Source of the DNA: Eledone cirrhosa
Taxonomy: Eukaryota
Reading direction: 5' to 3'
NCBI GenBank assembly: GCA_964016885.1
Contig: OZ024741.1
Coordinates: forward strand, 403,868,001-403,932,000
Length of the DNA stretch: 64,000 nucleotides
A model generated the notes under the pieces. The model ran no database searches. It was not told the origin of the DNA and saw only the letters and a list, made by a program, of their open reading frames with translations. The first letter of the stretch is position 1, and every line of letters begins with the position of its first letter. Both the position numbers and the translations under genes were made by a program. Shown here in pieces: positions 1 through 10,849 of this stretch.

Positions 1-178
1 CTCACCACACTCTCAAATAACTTGATATTATGAGAGGTGAGTGAGATCGGACGGTAGTTCACTGCAAGGGACTAATTTCCCTTTTTGAAGACTGGGGCAA
101 CGGACTGGGACAGAAAGTTTTCAGGAATATAGCTAGTATCCTTTTTAAGACTTTTGAGGAGAAGAAATAATGGGATCA
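1..178 (-). pseudogene. Degenerate LINE (CR1/L2-like) reverse transcriptase fragment, running off the window edge
   Basis: Manual minus-strand translation: ...SVAPVFKKGN*SLAVNYRPISLTSHNIKLFESVV, the PxFKKG..NYRPISLTS motif at the start of APE-type LINE RT, with one in-frame stop. Confidence 0.8.
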
Positions 179-978
179 ACACCAGAGTTAAGTCCTGTTT
201 TTTTTTTGTTTCTTGGTTGTTTTTTTTGTACTCATTTTTTTTTCAGAAATAACATTTTTTTTTTTTAAAGTTTTCTCTTTTTTTTTTCGAGTGTTGTGTG
301 AAAGGAAGAAGAATTAAGAAAGAAAGAAAAAATGTTAAAGACAAATAAAGTTTTTTTTCAAGTGTCACATGAAGAGTTTAGGGGGGAGAAGGAGGAGGGT
401 GGTGCCATCACCAGTGGGAAGGGGGAGGAGGGGAGAAGAGAGAGGGTGTTTAGAGACAGCAGAGTACTGCCCACCCCCCCAAAAACAGTCAAGTTCACCT
501 TTTTAGTTTTATCAACACTGGAGGGTGTGTTTTATTTTATTATTGTTGTTGTTGTGAGGATATAATTTAAAAAATAAAATAAAAATCCCAGGAAGATTAA
601 AAAAATAATTAAAATACAGGGAGGGGGGGAGGGGAGAAATGATCTAAAAAAACAATTATTTTCCCACCCACCCATAACCCCATTCCCACCCCCAACCATC
701 AAAGGAAAATAATTTCTTCTTTCTGCTTTAGATTTTGTCCTGTTTGGTCAAATCTTCCTGTCTGCAGTCATATCCCCAAACCAGTGGTCACAAATAGAAT
801 TATTTCACATAGAGGGAAGGTAAGGAAAAGGATGGGGATATGGGGATAAGGGTCTTTTTGCTAATTTTCTTTTATAAAAATTTCCTGTTTTCTGTAGCTT
901 AGAGTTGATGAAATATTTTGCATTATAGTGAATATTTTAGGTTTTTTTTAAACTCTTCTATATTATTATTCTTTTTTA

Positions 979-1166
979 GGCGGTGGATTGGCAGTATCGG
1001 TAGAGAGTCAGACGCCATGCTTTGATGCAAAGAGTTACGGCCCTTTCCATTCTGAGTTCAAATCCCGCCGAGGTTAACTTTGCCTTTCATCCTTACGGGG
1101 GTCGATAAAATAAAGTACCAGTAATACACTGGGATAATTGCTGGCCTTGTGCCAAAAGTAGAAACA
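979..1166 (+). mobile_element. tRNA-derived SINE (octopus-type), full length with 16-bp TSD
   Basis: Pol III A box (TGGCAGTATCGGTAG) and B box (GAGTTCAAATCC); flanked by direct repeat ATTATTATTCTTTTTT at 962-977 and 1167-1182; four more copies in the window. Confidence 0.9.
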
Positions 1167-1381
1167 ATTATTATTCTTTTTTTAAAGGGGGGAGGACAAA
1201 TCCTTGGATTAAACAAGGCACTTATCAGCTATATTTCAATTTCACAGCAAAGTGGAAAACCTTTTTTTTCTTTTTTCAGTGGATAAGCAAACAAATAAGG
1301 ACTGGTCTGTTGTATGAAAAATGGTGGTGTTGGGATGTGTATATATATATATATATATAAATATATGCATATATATATATA

Positions 1382-1991
1382 TGTCAGGTCACCAGTTGGT
1401 GCTACTGGTAACATGTATCCCAGTACAACCTGTCTCATGGTCGGGTCGTTGGCGACTAAACTGGCAACCCCACCAAGGTTTCTTGGTGAAGAGGGTGACT
1501 TTGGACATCCTTCAGGACTAAAAACAAAACCTGTCAAAGGGCAAAGGAGCTCTTAAGAGTCAATGGCCATCCAAAATCACCGGGAGAGATGACCCCTTAG
1601 CCTTTGTCAAGGCAGAATTCTAGGAGAAGGAAAGCCCTGATATAACACCTGCAAGCCTGATGGTATCCAATGATGTTGACTTGTTCTTCTTTTTGGTAAA
1701 TATCATCTTGGTTAAGAGAGTGGGACTGGCTTTGTGCAGTGCCTTTGCTCACTATAAAAGCTTCACGGCACAGGCATTGCTTTATATTTGGAGATCTCTC
1801 TGCACTTGTCGTCACATGGTACCATGGGCCCAGCACTATGTGTCAATAATTGTCACAAGTGTAGTGTTTGTACCAGAGTTTTCAAGTCGCTGGCTGGACT
1901 AAAACGTCACACTCGTTCAGCGCATTGGTGAGGGTTCTCCTACATGGATATAAAGTAGTGGCCGTACTCGAAAACGAGTTGGCAGCCATCA
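1382..1991 (+). mobile_element. Short non-autonomous, internally deleted RTE-like retroelement, copy 1
   Basis: Similar inverted copy at 9421-9982. 1860-1931 encodes C2H2 finger CSVCTRVFKSLAGLKRHTRSAHW*, like the C-terminus of RTE/BovB ORFs; no RT present; both ends lie in TA-rich repeats. Confidence 0.7.
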
Positions 1992-2280
1992 TATATGCAT
2001 GTATGTTAAGTGTATGTATGTGTATACATATGTGTGTTTGAAGCACTGGCAAAATATAAGATAGGAGGAGGAGGAAGAGGGGGAGTAGAGAAAAGGGAAA
2101 GGGGGAGTTTAACAAGTGCTGCTGCTTTCTGGTGCCTCTTCTTAGTCATGTTTCTGCTATATTGCAGTGGCACAATTGCTGGGGCTTTGGGTGACGACAG
2201 CGCCACATATATATAAGTTTGTGTGCCGGTGTGTGCATATATATATGTAATTAGTATATATGTTTGTGTGTCTGTGTGCG

Positions 2281-2319
<39 letters not shown>

Positions 2320-2449
2320 GATAAACACTAATACAATCCTATAAGTGTTTGTATTGCAATTAACTTGTATTTCACGGCTCAGAAATACTTTTTTCTTTGA
2401 GCTAATTAATTGTAAAAGACTGTTTGAGTTTATAACTCTATATATATAG

Positions 2450-2480
<31 letters not shown>

Positions 2481-2613
2481 GTGAGGTTTTTTTTTTACAG
2501 AATGAAAAATAACCGAAGTGCCCCACACGAGTGAAAGTATAAAGAAAAAAAGATGAAATCGAAAATGCAACTGGAGTCTTATTTAAAAAAATATATATAT
2601 ATTTATTTGGTTC

Positions 2614-2649
2614 CTTTACCGGTTTCGCAGTTCTTCTGCTTTTCAAAAG
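2614..2649 (-). ncRNA. Minimal type I hammerhead candidate with UUGAAAA (U3-A8) core
   Basis: Minus strand reads CUU-UUGAAAA-GCAG AAGAA CUGC-GAAA-CCGG-UA-AAG: 3-bp stem I, 4-bp stem II, palindromic stem III. Confidence 0.6.
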
Positions 2650-2710
2650 TAGAGTTGAGATGGAGGGTCACAGATGTGAGAAAAACCACAGACCCTCCAT
2701 CTCAACTCTA

Positions 2711-2746
2711 CTTTTGAAAAGCAGAAGAACTGTGAAACCGGTAAAG
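2711..2746 (+). ncRNA. Minimal type I hammerhead candidate with UUGAAAA core (other arm of the fold-back)
   Basis: CUU-UUGAAAA-GCAG AAGAA CUGU-GAAA-CCGG-UA-AAG; G-U replaces G-C at the base of stem II. Confidence 0.55.
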
Positions 2747-2890
2747 GAACCAAATAAATATATATATTTTTTTAAAAATAAGACTCCAGTTGCATTTTCG
2801 ATTTCATCTTTTTTTCTTTATATATATATATATATATATATATAAGGTTGTTTTTCTATGGGTATGTCAACATTTATAAAACAAATTTTG

Positions 2891-2955
2891 TATTTTATCT
2901 GATGAAAGCGCACCAAAACTGCCTTGGTTGCCCTTGAAATATATATAATAAAATA
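2891..2955 (+). ncRNA. Type I hammerhead ribozyme, family A
   Basis: UAUUUUAU-CUGAUGA-(stem II AAG.GCA.CCAA/UUGG.UGC.CUU)-GAAA-UAUAUA-UA-AUAAAAUA; stem I extended by AUUUAUAAAAC (2872-2882) / GUUUUAUAAAU (2962-2972); second copy at 22911. Confidence 0.85.
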
Positions 2956-2993
2956 ATTATGGTTTTATAAATATAGTTTCTATTTATTAATAT

Positions 2994-3051
<58 letters not shown>

Positions 3052-3512
3052 TATGTATATATATACCTACATACATGTATATAAATGTATTTATGTATAG
3101 ATTTTCGATGATCCTCCAAAATATCTACCTGTTGGTTGGTCACCATAATAAGAGCTTTATATTCAATACCTTTCCCAAAAGGACGAGAGACATTTGTTTG
3201 ACATAGATTCCATTCTATATATCTTGAGCTCATCTTTCCGGTCTGTAAATTGTGCACCGTTCAGAACACACAAATAATCTGCAATAGACTTTTCCTGCAA
3301 TTTTTTCCCACATTATCATTTTACAAGTAACTCTAAAACTCTAAAGAGGACAGGAACTGCAATCATTCATTATAGATTAGAGAATAACAAATATTAGAAG
3401 AATGAAAACAAAACATGAAAACAGAAACAAAACTCTTTTGATCTGTTTATATATTCCCACAAGCCGAGTGTATAGATTGGCTGTTAAATTTCTTGACAGG
3501 ATTACTGAATGA

Positions 3513-3601
<89 letters not shown>

Positions 3602-3614
3602 CATATATATATAT

Positions 3615-3687
3615 AGTTTTAATATAGAAGAGATTCTACAGGACTAGGACTGTTTCATTCCTGTAGAATCTCTTCTATATTAAAACT
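3615..3687. repeat. Perfect 29-bp inverted repeat built from the 3' half of a hammerhead family
   Basis: AGTTTTAATATAGAAGAGATTCTACAGGA / TCCTGTAGAATCTCTTCTATATTAAAACT; TTCTACAGGACTAG.ACTGTTTCATT matches the hammerhead at 24766-24818. Confidence 0.85.
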
Positions 3688-3726
3688 TTTATACTGTGGT
3701 TACCTTCGATTCAACCGGGAATAACT

Positions 3727-3770
<44 letters not shown>

Positions 3771-3773
<3 letters not shown>

Positions 3774-4377
3774 AACTCTGGATGTCGGTGAGCATGTCCA
3801 GCTAACCTCAGTCTCCTCTGTGTCACTTTTGAGCTGACTCTTGGGATGCTCCCATACAGCTCTGAGTTTTTCATCCTCAGTGTATACTAATTAATGTTCA
3901 GAGCCATCCTCAACATTCTCGTGTAGCACCCATCAACCATCTGACTGAGTTTCTTGGTCAGTGTCCAAGTCTCAGACCCATACAGCAGCACAGACTCCAC
4001 TACAGCAATGAAGAGGCGGACCTTCAGGTCTCTACGAAGGTCCGACTTCCACACCGATCTCAAGCTGTGGCACGCCGCCCAGGCCTTGCTCTTCCTCTCA
4101 ACCACATAATCTTCCGTATTCCCAATCTTTGCTCCCAAATACAGGAAGCCCTCAACCAATTCTAGCGGCTTCCCGCCTACATTAGTGATCCCCTCTGGCT
4201 TCTCAACATGAGCCCCTACATGGACACACTAGAAGAGGAAGACCAAGGTTAACGTATGTTGATGCCCTAAGGACAGACACTTGTCTGTTGGAGACGCAGG
4301 ACATGGCAACGATAATGAGGGACAGAGACCGCTGGAGAGAACTCGTCCATGGATCTCGGGAATTTTACCCGCCTTAG
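3771..4377. mobile_element. 5'-truncated RTE LINE with 5' inversion (inverted part 3771-4210 on minus, 3' part 4207-4377 on plus)
   Basis: Minus: FLYLGAKI...VESVLLYGSETWTLT...RRLRLAGHAHRHPELT; plus: HEPLHGHTRRGRPRLTYVD...MRDRDRWRELV...*, the expected downstream continuation; (TA)n on both sides. Confidence 0.85.
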
Positions 4378-4639
4378 AGATATATATATATTAGTAAAAG
4401 GAAAAGAAAATGCTGACAAATTGTTCCCAGTGAAAAATAGTTTAATTAGGAATAAGTATCAATTAGTAATATGTATTGGTTAGTATTCAGTTCTAGTTTT
4501 AACTTTTTACCCTTTGCGCATTTCTAATGCTTTTCAAAAATAATTTTGAGATAGAGCGCTCGTGATGTTTGCTCTAATCTGATCAGTTTTGGAAATTCTT
4601 CCTGTTTTATGTGAAAAAAGTGGCTCCAGAGGTATTAAG

Positions 4640-4796
4640 ATTTGGTTGGTTGTTGAATGTCACGTGAATAAGTACTATAAATTTCGCGCCAATTCGTGTT
4701 GCAAAAATTCTTGTAGTCAAAACGATTTTGATTGGTCGGTAGAGGTCACGTGAATGTTAAAAATTGATTTTAGCGCGAACTGGTTTGGCGCCAAAT
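4640..4796. promoter_or_regulatory. Putative pLTR promoter module with E-box, E2F-like and CCAAT motifs
   Basis: GTCACGTGA at 4659 and 4745; TTTCGCGC at 4682; TTTGGCGCCAAA at 4784; ATTGG at 4731; CpG-rich relative to flanks. Motif match only. Confidence 0.4.
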
Positions 4797-5536
4797 GTAG
4801 GTTTGTCGAAGAGTGTCCTTTTTCGCCTGATTGAGTTGCAGTCATGTTGAAAGGTCAACAGTTTAGGTGTCTATTAAGACAAATGTGTGTGTGTGTGTAG
4901 CAGAGTGGTTCGTGGTAGAGGGAATAAATCGGTCAGTAGGAATGTGTGTGTACGTGTGTGGGGGATATTTTAACATGTTGAAACATATTTTTCAGCTCTT
5001 GTCTTATACGGAGAAGTGTGTGTGTGTATGTGTGTGTCTGTCTGTTTGTATGTTAGTGTACGCGTGTGTATGTGTGTGTGTGTGGATAGACCAGTATTTT
5101 TGTGATACTGGTAAAAATGGTGTACATTATTCTATATTTTCAGTAATTTGCAAAAACGATTCTCTCAAAAGAACATCAAAAACATCAATAATAAAAGAGG
5201 TGAAATGATGTATAGTATTGTCATAACACCAAGGTGTGTGTGAGTGTCTAGATTGTACGTACTGCAAGGGGAATCCATTAGGCCTTGCCGTATTGGAATA
5301 CTTGTGTACAAATATGTATGTGCCCAATAATGTGCAATACATGTGTGCGTATGTGTATGTGTGTGTCGGCACGTTTATATCTATAAACATCAAAAGGTAT
5401 GCAAATTTGTGTATATTTGTGTTGCACCATAGAACATGTGTGTTTACGTATGTCATTGTGTTTATATGTGGATAGAAATGTATGTAGGATGTATGCTGAT
5501 GTAGGTATGTCAACGTGTGTATGTTGTGGGTTCGTC

Positions 5537-7831
5537 TTAGGGAGAAGTGTTTAGACGGGGTCCGTATTTGTTAATAAAGTGAGATTCCTTTCTGATGCGC
5601 TGGGTGTGGGTGGAATTATCTTTAAATTTGTAGAGGAGAAAGATTCTAAAGTTGGGATGATTTTGGGCGGCACAGGTATCAATGTGTTCACTCAGTGGTA
5701 TTTTCCTGTATTCCCGTATTTTAATTCGGGATCTATGGACAGTCATGCGTTGGCGGAGACTGTTTTAGTCTGGCCTATGTATTGTTCTCGACAACCTGAG
5801 CAAGTTAATACATATATTAGATTTTCTGATGCGCATGTGAAATTGTGTTTTACTATAAAACGTTGTCCTTCTTTGAAATAGAATTCCAAACCCTCTATTA
5901 GGTTGATGCATATGCCACAGTTGGGTCTATCGCATTTTTTTACTGTGGGTTTCGTTGTTGTGGTTGGCAGTACTTTGGCATGTGTTAAGATGTTTTTCAT
6001 TGACTTAGATTGTCTTTTGCTCTTTATGATATCGTGTGTTCGAAGGATTTGGTTCATTCTATGGTCCTTTTTTAACACAGGGATGTTCTGGAGGATGGTG
6101 TCAAAGGCCTCATTGTTGAGAGGGTTGTGTGTGGAGATGTATGGAAGAGCTTTTAGTTTTGGTTGATTTACTTTAGGGTGTCTAAGGTCCTGGGTACTGA
6201 GTTTTAGGGCACGTTGGATCCCATTGTCAATTAGTGATGCAGGGTAGTCCCTGCTTATGAGTGTGTCCTTTAGTTCTTGTAGCCGTAAGTAACAGGTGTT
6301 TTTATTGGAGACGATAGTACAGATTCTCTTGGCTAAGTTGTAGGGAATATTAATTTTAACGTGTCTAGGGTGGCAGGAGTTGAAAGGAAGATATTGCTTG
6401 GAGTCTGTGGGCTTGGAGTATATGTCTGTTTCTATTTTTTTGTTATGAATCTTAATGAGGATGTCAAGGAAGGGGAGTTGTTGATGGCTGTATTCCATCG
6501 TAAAGTTAATATTCCTGTTGAGGCCATTTATAAGGGTGTTATAAGTTTCTCGATGTTTTCGTGCGAAAGGATGAAGCAGTCATCTAGATATCGTTCCAGT
6601 TCTTTTCTATGTGTAAGTGGAGAGTGTTTCCAAATTTGTTTAGTACTTTAGTGTAGAGGGTGATTTCCAGGTATCCCATGACTAGGTTGGCATAAGTGGG
6701 CGCTGTTTTCGTTCTCATAGCGGTCCCAGATTTCTGTCTGTAGGATTTGTTATTGAAAACGAAGTAATTGTTCTCCAAGATAAATTTGAGTCCTTCTATC
6801 ACGAATTCTTTTTTGATGCGTTGTGGGAGTTCATTGTGGTAATTATCCAGCCAGAATTGGATAGCTTCTATTCCTAGGTTGTGGGGGATGTTGGAGTATA
6901 GGTTGACTACATCGAACGTCACTAGTAGGGTTTGTTCAGGAAGGGGCATATTAGGGAGGTGATTGAGCATATCTAGGTCGTCCCTTATATAGCTTTTGAT
7001 GTGTTTGAGAAAAGGCTTGAGAAGGGTATCAATGAAGTTGCTAAGGCGGTGGGTTTCGCAAGCGGGGCCTGCTATTATAGGTCTTAATTTGAGATCATTG
7101 TGTGAGGGGACATTGATGACTATGTCTGTGGCTTCCTTGCATGCTTTACTTATTAATTCGCTTTTATGTACTTTAGGGATACCGTAGAAAAGGCTGGATT
7201 TACTTGTGAAGTCTGTGATGAAGCTGAATTCTTTGTTAGTGAGTCCTTCTTTGTATGGGTTGATCAGTGTTTTTAGGTTTCTCATAATTTTCTGTTGATT
7301 GTAGTGTTCAGCCTTTTCGTAGTATGTTTCGTTTTCCAAATTGGACAGCGCTAAGTTGAAATAGAATTCTGTCTCCATTAGGACTACTGAACTCCCTTTA
7401 TCAGCCTCTTTAATTGTAATAGTTCTGTCGGTTTTTAATCTATTTAATTCTTCCCATTCTTTCTTGTTGAGGTTTGGCTTGTGTTTTTGTCTGTGCAAGT
7501 GTTGGTAAGGGCAGTTTGTGATGTGTTCACAGAATTCGTCCAGGATTTTATTTTTACCTTTTGATGGGGTGTAGTTGCTTCTATTTCTGGCTAATGATTC
7601 ATCCTCATTGTACTGGTCGAATAGTTCTTCACTGAGTCGTAACTTTCTACAGAAGTCTGTGATGTCTTCCTTCATTTCATAGTAGTTAGGACGTAGGGGG
7701 GGGGGGGTGAATTTAAGACCTTTGGAGAGTAAGTTGATAAGGTTGGGAGTTGGTTCTGCACTAGTTAGATTGATCATTTTTATTACTCTCGGTTTCTCCT
7801 CTCTGTCTTGTGTTATTTTGTTTGCCTGCAT
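5537..7831 (-). pseudogene. Penelope RT + GIY-YIG endonuclease ORF broken by two frameshifts
   Basis: KEADKG, FYGIPKVHK, LRPII, TFDVVNLYSNIP, RQKSGTAM; RYLDDCF recovered across a 1-nt deletion near 6594; YSKPTD..SCHP; Cys linker CDRPNCGIC; IYVLTC..C...YIGQT; second shift near 5750; ends ESHFINKYGPRLN. Confidence 0.93.
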
Positions 7832-8457
7832 CTGTGTGCTGTGTCTAAAAAATGGTTGGGGTAGAGGGGTTGTCTGCTGATGTTAAGTGGTCTCCTGTGT
7901 TTGTTATATTCCTTGTTGTTGTAAAATGTGGTTCGGGTTCGTGGCTGAGGATTGAATGGGGTGTTCCTGTATTGCGAGTATGGATGTGTGTTTCTATGTG
8001 CCATGTTGGATTGTGGTGTTATAGGCGGCCTACGTTGTTGGTTGTATCGTGTGGTGTGGATTTTGTTGTGTATTGTGGAAGCGAGAGTTGAGAAAATGGA
8101 AATTAGCTTGATGTCCCATTGTGGCGGGGAAGTTGTTACATTTATCATGGTAGTGGTATCTTTTCCCTATGTTTATCGATGAGGCATCCGCGTAGTAGTT
8201 GAGTGATTTGGTATGGTGTCTCCTTGAAGGGGGAAAGTTGTAATGTCATTCTGGGGGTGATGATTTCTAGGGTTTTTGTTCCTTCTTATGGAAGCGAGGT
8301 TGGGAAGTTCATCTTCGGTTTCGTGCTTCCTTCTTTTGTTAGTGGCTGGGGTGGGTGGGGGGGTGCGAAGTTGTTGTGCGGTTGGGGTATGGGTTTTCCT
8401 ATTTTTATGAACGGGTTATTGGAGGTGTAATCCGTTTGAATTATTTACTATTACAAT

Positions 8458-8562
8458 CAAATCCCGCCGAGGTTAACTTTGCCTTTCATCCTTACGGGGT
8501 CGATACAATAAAGTACCAGTAATGTACTGGGTATTTGCTGGCCTTGTGCCAAAAGTAGAAAC
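8458..8562 (+). mobile_element. 5'-truncated tRNA-derived SINE with 19-bp TSD
   Basis: Matches the 3' half of 979-1166; AATTATTTACTATTACAAT at 8439-8457 and 8563-8581. Confidence 0.9.
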
Positions 8563-8714
8563 AATTATTTACTATTACAATATATAGAAACTAACTTAGA
8601 CCCTAATTAATTCCTTTAAGTTCATAATTCATTTAACCTTATCTTCATTCACCTTATCTTCTTAATATATTTTATTTTAATAATACATTTTAATAAATTC
8701 CTTTTCGGACATCT

Positions 8715-8926
8715 TATTAAACCCTTCAATATATAAACCTTAAATAAATAGTATTCTTAATTCCTTTTTCTTTAATCATAAGCATCACCATTCATAAACC
8801 TCATTAACTTTTAATTTCTTAATTTTTTAAATTATGCATAATTAAATTATACATAATTTTTTAAATTATGTATTATCTTACAACGGTTTTTTTTTTCTCT
8901 GTGAGACAGTGCTTCTCAGTATTAAA

Positions 8927-8989
<63 letters not shown>

Positions 8990-9318
8990 ATTTTCTCCTC
9001 CTCTCTCATCCTTCCTTCTTATACACCTCCTCCGTCATCCTTTCCTTATTATTATATTTTTTTCTTCTATCTATATTCTTTCTTCCTCTTCCTTACCTTT
9101 TCCTTCCCTTCTTCCTTTCCTTTTTTCCAATCTCATATATCCATCTTATTTTATTTTTCATATGTTGATTTAATACTTCACTACTCGTAAGTGTTTTTTA
9201 AGTTTCATATCATATCTCCCTATTTTATCTAATGAGAACGCAAATATCATCCTATGATGATATTTGTTTTTGAAATGCGCATAATAAAATACATGGAAAT
9301 CTTTTAACCATCTTTTGC
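8715..9318 (+). mobile_element. Non-coding hammerhead-bearing repeat (probable Penelope pLTR), family B
   Basis: Inverted near-identical copy at 20021-20588, partial copies at 10146-10295 and 20593-20704; ends next to (TA)n. Confidence 0.75.
9221..9291 (+). ncRNA. Type I hammerhead, family B, core mutated (CUAAUGA, probably inactive)
   Basis: UAUUUUAU-CUAAUGA-long stem II-GAAA-UGCGCA-UA-AUAAAAUA. Confidence 0.75.
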
Positions 9319-9321
9319 TTT

Positions 9322-9367
<46 letters not shown>

Positions 9368-9420
9368 ATTTTTAATGACTATATATATATATTTATTTAG
9401 CTATACATATACATGTAGAC

Positions 9421-9982
9421 ATGGTGGCTGCCAACTCGTTTTCTAGTAAGGCCACTACTTTATATCCATGTAGGAGAACCTCTACCGATGCGCTCAACGA
9501 GTGTGACTTTTTAGTCCCGCCAATGACTTGAAAACTCTGGTAAAAACACTACACTTGTGACCATTACTGACACATAGTACTGGGTCCATGGTACCATGTG
9601 ACGACAAGTGCAGAGAGATCTCCAGATATAAAGCAATGCCTGTGCCGTGAAGCTTTTATAGTGAGCAAAGGCACTGCACAAAGCCAGTCCCACTCTCTTA
9701 ACCAAGATGATATTTACCAAAAAGAAGAACAAGTCAACATCATTGGATACCATCAGGGTTGCAGGTGTTATATCAGAGTTTTTCTTCTCCTAGAATTCTG
9801 CCTTGAATTCTGGCTAAGGGGTCATCTCTCCCGGTTTTGTTTTTAGTCTTGCAGGATGTCCAAAGTCACCCTCCTCACCAAATAACCTTGGTGGGGTTGC
9901 CAGTTTAGTCGCCAACGACCCGACCATGGGACAAGTTGTACTGGGATACATGTTACCAGTAGCACCAACTGGTGACCTGACC
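9421..9982 (-). mobile_element. Short internally deleted RTE-like element, copy 2
   Basis: Reverse complement of 1382-1991, lacking about 50 bp (around 1530-1579 of copy 1). Confidence 0.7.
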
Positions 9983-10020
<38 letters not shown>

Positions 10021-10034
10021 ATACATATATACAT

Positions 10035-10129
<95 letters not shown>

Positions 10130-10164
10130 ATATAAGATCAAAAGCTGGTTAAAAGAGTTCCAAG

Positions 10165-10235
10165 TATTTTATTATGCGCATTTCAAAAACAAGTATCATC
10201 ATGGGATGATACTTGCGTTCTCATCAGATAAAATA
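10165..10235 (-). ncRNA. Type I hammerhead ribozyme, family B, intact core
   Basis: UAUUUUAU-CUGAUGA-GAAC GCAAGUAUCAUC CCAU GAUGAUACUUGU UUUU-GAAA-UGCGCA-UA-AUAAAAUA. Confidence 0.85.
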
Positions 10236-10288
10236 GGGAAACATGATATGAGGCTTAAAAATCACTTGTGAGCAGTGAAGTTTTAAAT

Positions 10289-10327
<39 letters not shown>

Positions 10328-10449
10328 CAGAGAGAAATTCATAGGTTTTCAAAAGACTTGAACTGTATCTTCAAAGAGGCATCTGCGATGCCACATTGAT
10401 GTAAAAAAAAACAACGATAGAACCAATGATATAAACTACACACATTAAT

Positions 10450-10630
10450 TGTTTCTACGTTAGGCACAAGTCCAGCTATTACCCAGTGCATTACTGGTAC
10501 TTTATTTTATCGACCCCGTAAGGATGAAAGGCAAAGTCAACCTCGGCGGGATTTGAACTCAGATCGTAAAGGGACGTAACTATGCTGGAAAATAAGGAGC
10601 CCGACTCTCTACCGATACTGCCAACCACCG
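10450..10630 (-). mobile_element. tRNA-derived SINE with 12-bp TSD
   Basis: Reverse complement of the 979-1166 family; ACACACATTAAT at 10438-10449 and 10631-10642. Confidence 0.9.
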
Positions 10631-10849
10631 ACACACATTAATGAAAGCTAAACTATAAAGAATAATTCGATGTTGGAAGATGTTCACCTTATTAAAGTGA
10701 CTAATAGATGTAGAGACGGAAGCTCCATGCATGAAATAGCTAATATAACTCCATTTGACTAACATTTACTGATATTTGTTGTTTTATTACAGATCGTCTG
10801 CTGACTAAATATCTGTTATATCACAGAATTATGTTAATTGTCGATGTCT

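Larger units (their letters stand above)
2538..2823. repeat. Fold-back inverted repeat, about 132-bp arms, 21-bp spacer, each arm carrying a hammerhead-like motif
   Basis: 2538-2669 is nearly the reverse complement of 2691-2823 (e.g. GAGTTGAGATGGAGGGTC / GACCCTCCATCTCAACTC). Confidence 0.92.
4388..8438 (-). mobile_element. Penelope-like element (Neptune-type), near full length, with 3' pLTR at about 4388-5536
   Basis: Contains RT and GIY-YIG coding region (see pseudogene entry); outer boundaries approximate, 3' end abuts (TA)n. Confidence 0.85.

Noticed and set aside
180-960. Homopolymer-rich G/T region and the 77-aa ORF at 332-565
   Set aside because: No recognisable motif; low complexity and possibly low-quality consensus.
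979-1070. tRNA genes at SINE heads (also near 10550, 28460, 28880, 28974)
   Set aside because: A/B boxes are present but run into SINE bodies, several with TSDs; no complete cloverleaf.
4508-4568. Hammerhead in the pLTR of the large Penelope element
   Set aside because: Minus strand has GAAA-UGCGCA but is followed by AA, and no CUGANGA core is recognisable; at best a dead remnant.
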